Source of the DNA: Selaginella moellendorffii
Taxonomy: Eukaryota > Plantae > Lycopodiophyta
DNA: 64,000 nucleotides
Direction: 5' to 3'
NCBI RefSeq assembly: GCF_000143415.4
Contig: NW_003314263.1
Location: 409,114-473,113, forward strand
Within the stretch, counting starts at the first letter, position 1. Each line of letters begins with the position of its first letter. Position numbers and translations under genes: made by a program. Below are positions 53,101 to 64,000 of this stretch, one piece after another. The notes below the pieces were generated by a model, which was given only the letters and a program-made list of their open reading frames with translations, did no database searches and was not told the origin of the DNA.

Positions 53101-55973
53101 CTCCATCTTGGACTCCATCTCGGGTCCATCTCGGACTCCATCTCGGACTCCATCTTAGGTCCATCTCGGACTCCATCTCGGACTCCATCTCGGGTCCATC
53201 TCGGACTCCATCTCAGACTCCATCTTGGGTCCATCTCGGACTCCATCTCGGGTCCATCTCGGACTCTATCTCGGGTCCATCTCGGACTCCATCTCGGACT
53301 CCATCTCGGGTCCGTCTCGGACTCAATCTCGGATCCATCTCGGGTCCACCTCGGACTCCACATCGGACTCCACCTCGGACTCCACCTCGGACTCCATCTC
53401 GGGGTCCTTCTCGGACACTTCCACGTGTCATGTGTTGGTCCTTTTGGGTCCCTTTTTGGAGCCTTGTTTATTGCTCACTTTGTGCTCATTCCTCGAGCAC
53501 TTCGTTGGGAGTTCCACTCCCACTCTCGACCTTTTCAAGTCAGAGCTTTTAGTCCAAATGTGTTACGCTCGTTTAGCTTTCGCTTCGGCCACTACCACGT
53601 GGCACCCTTCCGGCTCCACTTTGGGGCCTAGGGATTTTGTGTCTCACACACTGCCACTGGATCAAAGCCCACAAGTCCGACCACTAAGTCCCACGGTCCT
53701 TTAGGACTTCCTCACCACATGACTGTAGCCTTGGTCACTACATCAGAGGACTTCTCCTCTTCCTTTCCAAAGTCTAGGACTTTGGGACAACGATTCGGAA
53801 CATTGTAGCCCTATGTGAGCCTTATGGGTACTCTCCCCGCCTTCCTCCTTTGGGTGCTCTAGCCATGGGCTTAGAGCGAGGTTCCATTAAGCCATGCCAG
53901 GTATCCAAGTAGGTAGTGCCACCTATACTTGGACTGGGAGCATTGACCATTCGATCTCCCAGGGGAACTAGAGCCGGCTTTTGAACACTTCACCAAGCTA
54001 CCCCACTTGTCAGTCCATATTCACTCTAGTCTTGGACTTCCTAGTGGTTAGCTCATCATGCAACACTTGGGTATAGCCTTCCTGGGCACAGCCTTCCTGG
54101 GCCAAATTGGTTCCACTGGGGTCCAACCCCCACACTCTATATATTAGAAGTTTGGAATTTGGAACCGCCTACAGGATCTGGTCAGATGTACTGACTATGA
54201 GCTTTGCACTCTGGTCAGACTCGAACTCGGACTCGTCCTCGGCCTCGGTCTCGGTCTTGGTCCTGGTCTCGGTCTCGGCCTCGGTCCCGGGCTCGGTCTT
54301 GGTCCCGGTCTTGACTTCAGACTCCATCTCGGACTCCATCTCGAGTCCGTCTCGGGGCCACCTCGGACTCCATCTCGGACTCCACCTCTGACTNNNNNNN
54401 NNNNNNNNNNNNNNNNNNNNNNNNNNNNNNNNNNNNNNNNNNNNNNNNNNNNNNNNNNNNNNNNNNNNNNNNNNNNNNNNNNNNNNNNNNNNNNNNNNNN
54501 NNNNNNNNNNNNNNNNNNNNNNNNNNNNNNNNNNNNNNNNNNNNNNNNNNNNNNNNNNNNNNNNNNNNNNNNNNNNNNNNNNNNNNNNNNNNNNNNNNNN
54601 NNNNNNNNNNNNNNNNNNNNNNNNNNNNNNNNNNNNNNNNNNNNNNNNNNNNNNNNNNNNNNNNNNNNNNNNNNNNNNNNNNNNNNNNNNNNNNNNNNNN
54701 NNNNNNNNNNNNNNNNNNNNNNNNNNNNNNNNNNNNNNNNNNNNNNNNNNNNNNNNNNNNNNNNNNNNNNNNNNNNNNNNNNNNNNNNNNNNNNNNNNNN
54801 NNNNNNNNNNNNNNNNNNNNNNNNNNNNNNNNNNNNNNNNNNNNNNNNNNNNNNNNNNNNNNNNNNNNNNNNNNNNNNNNNNNNNNNNNNNNNNNNNNNN
54901 NNNNNNNNNNNNNNNNNNNNNNNNNNNNNNNNNNNNNNNNNNNNNNNNNNNNNNNNNNNNNNNNNNNNNNNNNNNNNNNNNNNNNNNNNNNNNNNNNNNN
55001 NNNNNNNNNNNNNNNNNNNNNNNNNNNNNNNNNNNNNNNNNNNNNNNNNNNNNNNNNNNNNNNNNNNNNNNNNNNNNNNNNNNNNNNNNNNNNNNNNNNN
55101 NNNNNNNNNNNNNNNNNNNNNNNNNNNNNNNNNNNNNNNNNNNNNNNNNNNNNNNNNNNNNNNNNNNNNNNNNNNNNNNNNNNNNNNNNNNNNNNNNNNN
55201 NNNNNNNNNNNNNNNNNNNNNNNNNNNNNNNNNNNNNNNNNNNNNNNNNNNNNNNNNNNNNNNNNNNNNNNNNNNNNNNNNNNNNNNNNNNNNNNNNNNN
55301 NNNNNNNNNNNNNNNNNNNNNNNNNNNNNNNNNNNNNNNNNNNNNNNNNNNNNNNNNNNNNNNNNNNNNNNNNNNNNNNNNNNGACCGAGATGGAGTCCG
55401 AGATGGAGTCCGAGATGGAGTCTGAGATGGATTTGAGATAGAGTTCAAGATGGAGTCTGAGATGGACCCGAGATGGAGTCTGAGATGGAGTCCGAGATGG
55501 AGTCCGAGATGGACCCAAGATGGAGTTCGAGATGGACCCGAGATGGAGTTCGAGATGGACCCGAGATGGAGTTTGAGATGGACCCAAGATGACCTTGGAT
55601 TGATGCTCTGTTTGTGCAGAGGAAGAACGTCGAGCCACTTTTCTGGTGTGCAAAATCACCCTCAACACACCCGCGTCCCTGCAAAGTACCCGCTTCTAAG
55701 TAAGTGAGCAAAGATAATCTTTCTGATCCATACTCTCCGTTCTTTGTTTGCAGCGGCCAGCAGCGATCATCGGGTTCCTTTTCTAGAAACTCACTTATTG
55801 CTCACTTTGTACTCGTTCCTCGAGCACTTCGTTAGGAGTTCCACTCCCGCTCTCGATTTTTCAAGTCAGAGCTTTTGGTCCAAATGTGTTACGCTCGTTT
55901 GGCCTTCACTTTGGCCACTACCACGTGGCACCCTTTCGGCTCCATTTTGGGGCTTAGGGATTTGTGTCTCACA
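50199..55973. mobile_element. LTR-derived tandem array with a 12-bp minisatellite (CTCGGACTCCAT), inserted in an older LTR copy; contains the N gap 54394-55383
   Basis: Flanked by CTAAT/CTAGT (putative TSD) and ends in ...TCTCACA. A ~450-bp duplication (50199/50648) and 1279-bp period repeats (51090/52369/53648). Confidence 0.65.
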
Positions 55974-56900
55974 CTAGTATGATATAGAACTTAGGCTTAA
56001 ACCCAACCAAACGTAGAACAAGAGAAAACACGCAAGCAAAAGCTAAATTATACCTCAGGTTGGTTGACCATACCCAATTTACCTATATTATACATTTGGA
56101 ATCCCCCCCTAATGAATATATGCTTTAGGCTAACCACCCTTAATACCAAGAGTTAGTCTCTGGGGCTAACTCGAAATTTACTAAATATAAACTGTTCTTA
56201 GATTGTAAATTTGGATGTGGGATGAACACCATTGTGTTCAAAATAATCTCTACATTCTATAAATATGCCAAATGAGCAAATCTAAACACTTTTCATATAT
56301 AACAATTGAAACCAAATAGTATTAACACAAGATGTATAATAGCAAGTGTGTTTGACAAACACAATAAGCTATCATCTAGTAATATTAAGAGACTAATCTC
56401 AGTATATAAAGGTTCTTGCTAAACTAGTGCAAAACATAGCAAAAGAAAATTAACAAGTCAGGCCAAGTATGCTTGGCTAAATAGAAATTTAGGAATTCCT
56501 TCCCCGGCCAAGTACAGATGCTAAGTCCAGTTTACTAACACTGACAAAAGGGACTAATAAAAGGGTCTAACAATATTGACCTCCTACTGTCATAGTAGTA
56601 AGGAAAGAATATCCAAAAGGATTAAACGATAGATAACTTTTAATACCTATAATGAAGATAGAACGATCCAGTGGATTGGTAGTAGGATGGCTTAGACAAT
56701 GCAACTGGCCATAGCAAGCAAACATTCAGTGAATGGCAGGAAGCAAGATCCTCTTCAGCACACATCTAGTAGTTCATTTATATGTTTTAACTTAAAAGCT
56801 AATCAATGTAGTTAATTTACCACAAGCGTTTGACTCTTGAGGTCAAGCCGAGAGCGCATTCTAGACCGTATGTGATGGTCACACGCATCATTCTCGAGCG

Positions 56901-57731
56901 ATGGAAGGGAAAAGCCTTCATGCGATCTTTAAAGCCACAGGAACTATTTATAAAAAAGAGAGTAAGGTCTTCCTATCTCTCACCGTTATCCTTCCAGCGG
57001 CGGGATTCCAAGTCTTTCTTGCACCCGCTGTTTTGAGCTTCCTGGGCCTCGATCCGAAGCCTCTTGCTCGTCTGATCAACTCCTCGGGGCCCTTCGTATC
57101 TTCTGAGGCTGTGGAATCGTTCCTGCGATGGGTCTCCGACTTCACAGCGAAACAAGCAATCTCGCTGCTCTCTTGCCTGGCAATCTCGGCGGCCTTGTGG
57201 ATGGTGTCCACGGCCTCGCTGGTTTCCACCGCTGCTCGTCTCTATCGCGGCGAGGAGACTTCCAGGTGGGAGGTTCTTCACTTCAGGCCGAGGGTGTGGT
57301 TACCGTTGCTCAGCGTTGCCCTGTGCTCGTTCCTGATTCAAGCGCTTGAGTTTGCTATCACTTTTCTCATAGCGACTTATCTTGACGAAGTGCTGATCTT
57401 GATATCAATGTTTTCGCTGGTGGCATTCGCTGAATACTTCTACATGGTGGCGTCACTTGCTGCTACTGTTGCGGTGCTGGATGGATTCGCTGGGGTGCGA
57501 GCACTCCGAGAAGCAGCAAGGGTTCTCCACCGAAATCTGCTCACGGGCTTGGCGCAGTTGAACGTGAACGCTTTGACTAGCTTTACGGGCAGAAAGGAAT
57601 GGTGATGGATAGTGGTCTGGATCCCCGTGGTGTCTGTAGGCTCTTTGTGGTGGTCGAACGTACACGTAGTGTTTTATTTCTCGTGCAAGCCGGACGAAGA
57701 AATGAACCAAGATTATACTCCGTTGGCTTGA
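56901..57731 (+). pseudogene. Intronless multi-pass membrane protein gene with a premature stop at 57603-57605
   Basis: Hydrophobic 234-aa ORF. After the TGA the same frame continues WIVVWIPVV...VVFYFSCK...QDYTPLA*, a C-terminus resembling an uncharacterised plant membrane-protein family. Confidence 0.6.
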
Positions 57732-60164
57732 GACTTAAACACTAAGCCGGAATGTTCTTTGAATGAAGTGTTTGGCAATTCCTTGGGAAAAAACCGAGTT
57801 TTACAATCTCTTTCGCAGATTATAGAGAAACGGTGCCTAGTAACATTTCCAGGAAGAAGTTGTTCGTAACATTGTCTGACAGAAGGAACCTCAAGATATG
57901 GTGAAATCTAAACCTTGCAAAGTCATGCATCTTGACTGGCTTGAGCATACTCTTTTATAAATTCCTGGCGAATATGACTGAGTTTTACAATCTCTTTCAC
58001 AGATCATACACTAGCTGGAAGTTTTTAGTAACAAAGATATGGCACCTCGAAATCTAAACCGGAAAGTCATGCCAAGGAACCCTGTTCTCAAGTGGACTGC
58101 CTGCCAGTTAAGTGGTCCTCCACTGCAGTAACAATTCCAAGGGTAAAGAACAAAAGGAGAAAATAAAGCATGTTGAGGTATATGCTCTCTATGACATGAT
58201 CGTAGGTGGCAGTAATGCCACCTCAGTGATCCGTGTTTCTTGATCATGTATATTTGGCTATGACATTATATTCGACTATCCTTGGAGACATCTTTGTCCA
58301 TCATAGCTTCTGTATATCTCTTCAAAGCATTCAGCAGAAAATAGCCCAAACGTACCTCTATGATCGAACCATCGCACAGCTGATTGTGACTAAAATTGCC
58401 ATAGATTGGTACTAAAGATTCTCTGGAAATCCTTGTGATTCGCTCAGCAGTGATCAAGGAACAACGCAAGTATTCTACAACAATGGAATCAATCCGACAT
58501 CAGCAGTAGTCGACGAATAAAGTGCAAAGCTTCCAAAAAGTGAAGCCACTTACCTTTCGGTGCTCGCGTTGACAACTCAATTCTATTTTGCTGGAAAATG
58601 GATCAACAACGAGTTTGCGTTCACTGTTCTGTGACAATCCATCGTAAAGATCCAGAGTCGATTCTGACAAGCCTGCGATGTAGAGATTAGTCAATGGTCG
58701 GATATAACGCCGTCAAAAGGATCCCACCAAATGCCAAACAAATACTGTCGAGCACAAGCTTTGCCGCGACTTGCATAATGCTCCTCCACATAGAATCCAC
58801 TAGAATACATGGTGAAGACGAATCGATCCTAGGAACAACATCAATGAACAGCGGGAAGAGAGAAAGAGACGGGAAAAACGTTTTAAGTACCTGATAACTA
58901 ACGCTGGCCCAGATTATAAACTCCGTAGCCTATAGCTCGCTCGTCTGTATTCAAAAGGAATGTAGCCATTAGTAAATAAGGAAAAACTCTGCCGAGAACA
59001 ACAAGGTTTGTAGCTATGTGGCTCCTTGCCAAACTCCAAAATAGAAACTCGCTAGAATTCGAATATTTTGTGCTCGTTTCCAGCATAGCCGATTGAGAAT
59101 ATGGCTCACCACCAACAATGACAATGATTAGCAGAGGCCAGCCAACAACTACACATTGTTGAGCTCAGCTCCGCTCATTCCCATCTCTCCTCCACCAAAC
59201 GAATATTTGCCATGTATAATCTAAAACTTCCATTATGTTAGTTGCAGCACAAGAGAACCTCATGCCAATCCCAAGAGCTAAGTAACGAGAATCATTGAAC
59301 AGTGGCATACACACAATATCTTACCTTGTACATACAGTCAGAGAACGTTAAGAGGAGGACAAGGGAAACGAAGGCTGCTCAGAGAGAGAGGAAAAGAGAA
59401 CTTAGTGCGGAATAGTGACCTCTAGCGGCTTCTGGCTGGAGTAGACTGGACACTCGCGCATACTTCCACTCCGCCACCTCCACCCCTTTCTGGGGGTTTG
59501 TTGTTTGGTTGAAGTGAAGAAAGGGAGAGGTGTGTTGTGTTGGTCTCCGGGATCGGAGTAATGATTAATGGACGTTATTCCGGCAGCGAGAACCTGCAAG
59601 TGAAAACACCAGTTTTAACTTAATTCAGAACGCGGTTTTTCAAGCGTCCACCTCTTTAAATAAGTCTTGGCATTAGTCACCAAGAACATCCTGTGCACTG
59701 CAGAAAACGATACCGACCAGGGAGAATAAACAAGCGAAAGTTAAGAAATGGCTGTACCTTGTAGAGGAAGCAGATCCGCCTTGGAGCCCGAAGTACCAAG
59801 AGCTTAATGGTCGTCTCAAAGTCGTAGCCACCAGCACGCACTTAATAAGCTCCACAAATTTAGTCTCGTGCACCGGCCCGCACTAATCCCACGGAGGTTC
59901 CTGAATCTGAAAAAACTCGTGAAAATCAGTGCTGCGCTCACCCAAAAAGAAAACATTATCCACCACAAAGAAAGTAAAGTTGGAAGGGGCAAAAAGACAT
60001 TCTTATTCTAGAGGAATAAAGAGGGCACCAAGCTTATGATCCACAGAAGTGTGATTTCCATAACGTGTCCAAGTTGCCACATGAGTTAGAGAAACATTCA
60101 GGGTCAAGGAAGTTTTAGTTTTAATTCTTATTTACTGAATGATTCAGTCAAATGAAATAGAGAA

Positions 60165-60575
60165 TTACAAACACTTGATGAACTTTGTCTAGCCAATGTG
60201 AATAACTTGGACAAAGAGCGCCACTGGATGCTTGCCATCCCTTGTTTCATCACTTGGAAGCACTTAAGGTACATCCTCTTGTCCTGGAGGATCCTGGGCA
60301 TTGCAAACCTCATCGCCCCCAAGGGGCGCATAGAGATTGTTGCTGCCCCAGGGAACGATGGAGGCAAGCAAGTAGGCCACCAAAAAGCCTGCCCACACGT
60401 CCATTCCCATCCCTGAACGGGTGGATGCTCTCAAACCTGTAAAAGAAGGCAGCACTAATGCTTGCCACCTTTGCAACCCTGAGCTTGGGATCTGTTGTAA
60501 ATGCCTCCTCGAGGGATTTGTTGGTAGATGACACTAGCTGCTCCAGAGTCGCCAGGACCTTCTTAGGATCCATGT
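60165..60575 (-). pseudogene. 5'-truncated, frameshifted second Fic copy
   Basis: MDPKKV...FYRFESIHPFRDGNGRVGRL followed by a +1 frameshift (AAAAA vs AAAA) and deletions. Shares its 3' flank (~60008-60160) with 31430-31560. Confidence 0.88.
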
Positions 60576-61480
60576 GGTGTTCCAGATCCATCTTGCTTGG
60601 AGACCTTTGCTCCTTTGCTTAATAAACAATGCCACTGGTTTGTTCAGTGGAGCAAATCCCATTCAAGGCAATACTTGCACCATATTTATAAGCGGTGGGA
60701 ATGGGGTCGTCATCCTAAGCCTCAGGGTGCGATAATTTGAGGAGCGAATGTTCATGTTTCTTGTCTGTAAACCACACTTCCAAGTCTGGATATGAATATC
60801 ATCTCCTTAACTAGATGTATGGCCTAAGTAAGCCACTACTTTCACCATACAAGAGACCTGGCGGTTAAGAGATTAAGAATGAGATCATGGTGTATCCAGG
60901 GTTTGTATGAGAAACAAACATACATCAGTGAACCCTTTTGTTGCTGCTTGAGTATATCGTGGGGAGAATACACCTATATGATGTATACACCTTCATTGCC
61001 TCCGGGGGCTCCATCTCCATGTCAATCTGCTGCACGGCTCAATACTACCGAGCAGGAATTGCTCACTGCACACAGATTTAGAGCTCGCCAAGAATGGATT
61101 GACAAGAAGTATCCCTGAAGAGTTGGAACTTCTGTGCTTCAAAGCTTGTATGATTCTTTGTTTTTATGTTTTGATTTAATATTGTTTCACATATTTCAGT
61201 TTCATAGATGGTCTCTAGCGTCTTGCCGAAGAGATAGCATTCAGTCATGCAAGGAGAGAAGCCAAGAAGCTCCACCACCAGGTTCTCTCCAACACAGTCT
61301 TACCAGCCCAGTGAGGGTGGGTCCCGTTTGCTTGTATAAATTTAAAGATTGTTCTATTCAATTATTATAAGTATCTAAAAGTACAAAATAAAATATACTT
61401 TTTATTATTTTATTATAACAGAATTATCTTGATTGTAATGCTTAATATGACCACATAGAAGATTAAATACAGTTTCTATA
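60576..61480. repeat. Dispersed repeat, direct copy of ~44038-45008
   Basis: Colinear matches, e.g. GTTCCAGATCCATCTT, ATTCAAGGCAATACTTGCACCATATTTATAAG, GTCATGCAAGGAGAGAAGCCAA. Confidence 0.75.
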
Positions 61481-63128
61481 TATTTTTTTTACCAAATGTA
61501 TTCTTGAAATTAAAAGCTATATAATCAATTTTTTTTATCATAGCAAGGAAGGGATATTCTCACTATATTCCATGTCGATTTAATATAGTTTTGTATTAAC
61601 TTTGGTAGCTAGATCAATAAAATTTTATGAGAGGTTGATTGTATAAAGGAGTGAAGTTCAACTGATTCAACAGTTCTGAATTGTAACCAACCCAAAAATC
61701 TAAAATATTAATTATAAATAATAATAGAAATAAAACTTACATGGTTTAACATATGTATATAATATATCAATTAAAGTTTGTGCAGTATAGTCAGAACCAT
61801 AAACATTTTATCTAAATCATCTTCAGTTCCTTTAAAGACCTACTAACCTTCTATTCTTCTACTATGATTATAATTTTTCTTACCAAAGTTAATTTTATCA
61901 ATTTCTATAATTGACTATCAATCTTAATGTGATAACACCAATATCATGACATAATTTATACCAATTCATTATTGTCTGCTCACTTGTAATACTACACTCA
62001 TGCTGGTGCCCTTGGTGATATCTGTTATATGTGATCCATGCCAAAATCCGACTATAACACTCATGAAGGTGGCCATGTGCCTTATAAGAATGATTCTTGT
62101 CTGCTCTGACTTGCTGAAGAGAGAGAGAGAGATAAAAGAAATGGGAGTTCTTCTAGAAGGACAGAAGATATTGGATGTCTTGTCATACTACCACCATCTT
62201 TTCCTCGATGATGGCGATTGTCTTATTTAGGTTTTGAACATTAGGTGATAGAATCTTTGTGAGAAAAGAAGATTGTTGCTAGAGGGTGTGGAAGTCATTG
62301 ACCTAGAGCAGTAGGGAGAAGGATCTCTAATCCTCACTTTGTACTTTGCAGTAACTTGTAACTTGTTTGAATTGCATGCTGACAAAATAGAAAAGTAAAG
62401 CAATACAAACCTACAAGATAGTGTGATTTGAGTCTAAGAATGGCCATGAGGTAAAGGTATTGTAAGATGGAGGAATCGGCTAGAAAAGTGGCCAAGAGAA
62501 AAAGGAAGTGAGATGCTATATGGGAAGAAGGCATGTGGAGAGGGCCAAGTGAACACTTCTATGGAGCCCTAGAATTGGAGGCTACTAGAGATCCACAATG
62601 GAGCAATTAGTTTTCTTTAGGGGCTACATACCAAGAGGAAGATTCTCACCCAAGACATGGCGGCAATCCAAGTTTGGGCTCTTAGGTTTGTGTGATATGC
62701 CCTACTAAAGACTCATGGTACTTGGTGAGGTTGATGCACACGAATGAGAATGGTCTTAGAGGAATCTTTATTGGCTTCAACTTCATTATTTTCCTAAGCT
62801 GTATGCATGCCATGTAATCCTTCAATAGCCGCAGAACTTGAGTCTCCATATTCTATAGAAATAATCATTGAAGCTGTCTACTAGAGTGCTTTTGCCTATA
62901 GATTTCTAAGATCATAGGTGAAAACTATGTATGTTGCATTTGACTGGAGCTAGATAATCAGCATCAAAGTGTTCAAATTATCAAAAGTTTGTCTTTAGAT
63001 TTTTTAATAGAAATTCATCTTTTTTTCCTCCATTGTTTTAGTATTTCATTAATAATTTTACAAAGTCCTCAAAACCCTGGAATTAATCTTGTCTAACCCT
63101 GAGTGCATGTTTAATCTCATATGCCCAT

Positions 63129-63129
<1 letters not shown>

Positions 63130-63163
<34 letters not shown>
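63130..63163. repeat. (AT)n microsatellite
   Basis: About 16 AT units. Confidence 0.95.
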
Positions 63164-63166
<3 letters not shown>

Positions 63167-63202
63167 AATCTTGAGTTCAAATCGTATTAGCAGAGGTTTG
63201 GT

Positions 63203-63210
63203 CAACTTTT

Positions 63211-63248
<38 letters not shown>

Positions 63249-63256
63249 ACAGTAGT
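63203..63256 (-). pseudogene. 54-bp 18S rRNA gene fragment
   Basis: The reverse complement ACTACTGTGAAAGCATTTGCCAAGGATGTTTTCATTAATCAAGAACAAAAGTTG matches conserved eukaryotic 18S (..CTGCGAAAGCATTTGCCAAGGATGTTTTCATTAATCAAGAACGAAAGTT..). Confidence 0.85.
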
Positions 63257-64000
63257 AATGGTGAATATACTCTTCAATAAATAGAAAGAAATAGAAAATG
63301 TATAATAATTTTTAGGAATCTTTTAAATAAAAGAGATTTGTGTGTATAGATTAATCTTATGTTTATAATTTTAGACATTTAAGGCATTTTAATTTTTTGC
63401 TAAAAATTAATTAATTATCATAATAAAATTAAAGAATATAGTAAAGTTTTACCACTTTTGTTTTACTACTTTAATGTGCAATCACCGATTAATGCAATCT
63501 TCAAAGTAAACCTTTATTAAAACCTTAATAGTTCTTTCACAAAATCTATTGGCCCGTTATTCCCATGAAATTTAGTAAGAGGTGTGCTAGCTATAAGACA
63601 TAACCTAATGACTGGAAGAGGAGTTTGATTGGAATTCAAGGCTTGTTCCATATCCTTCTGGAAACACCTCTCAAGTCAGTGGGCTCTTGGAGTCTTGCTC
63701 GTTCTCACTAGAGCCTGCCTGGGGCATCAGAGTTGCCTCAAGCTTCTCCAAAGCTTGAATCACTGGAGGTAAGAAGGCTGTTGGCTGTCTGGGACTAAAG
63801 CTCATCACAGCCAGAAGAGCTAGTTTTCAATGCAGATGAATTAGACGTTGTGGCCATGGTTCAAGCTACGCGGGTTTGAGAGCTTGACAAACGCTGGGCT
63901 CTCGGGCTTTCTATCCAATTGCCCGCTGCTTAGGGCTAGAGGTCAGTTGTAATCACCTGAGCTAAACTTTTTGCTGAATTACTGTTGAGGCCACAACACA

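Noticed and set aside
51650-55590. CRISPR-like regular repeats
   Set aside because: Contiguous 6/12-bp units with no unique spacers and no cas genes, in a eukaryotic context.
51371-55711. Long ORFs (300, 221, 183, 417 and 499 aa) in the minisatellite and gap
   Set aside because: They arise from a stop-free 12-bp repeat in several frames and from runs of N; not genes.
57780-59470. Minus-strand exon/intron-like pattern
   Set aside because: Splice signals are visible, but I could not assemble an open frame or recognise a product; possibly a pseudogene.

Overview
Eukaryotic land-plant genomic DNA. The very short (about 45-65 bp) GT-AG introns, tight gene packing, intronless PLS-PPR gene and CYP71-clan/dirigent genes suggest the lycophyte Selaginella, but this is inference only. 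From 5' to 3' the window holds: the 3' part of a PRT6/UBR1-type E3 ligase; a decayed Copia element; an intact head-to-head dirigent (DIR) + cytochrome P450 pair; and a TE-rich block containing a solo LTR with a nested 5S-rRNA-bearing Cassandra-like TRIM. Next come a broken, rearranged second copy of the pair (frameshifted P450, intact DIR, two DIR relics) and an intact intronless class-II Fic/Fido gene, which is unusual for a plant. These are followed by a kinase-like gene, an ENO3-type enolase, a PPR gene, an NSE4 C-terminal-domain gene, a decayed Gypsy element, a minisatellite-rich LTR array with an assembly gap, a nonsense-mutated membrane-protein gene, a truncated second Fic copy and a 54-bp 18S rDNA fragment. 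The best candidates for an undescribed system are (1) the domesticated plant Fic enzyme and (2) the bidirectional DIR-P450 unit as a minimal phenolic-coupling gene cluster. All alignments were made by eye, so boundaries are approximate.
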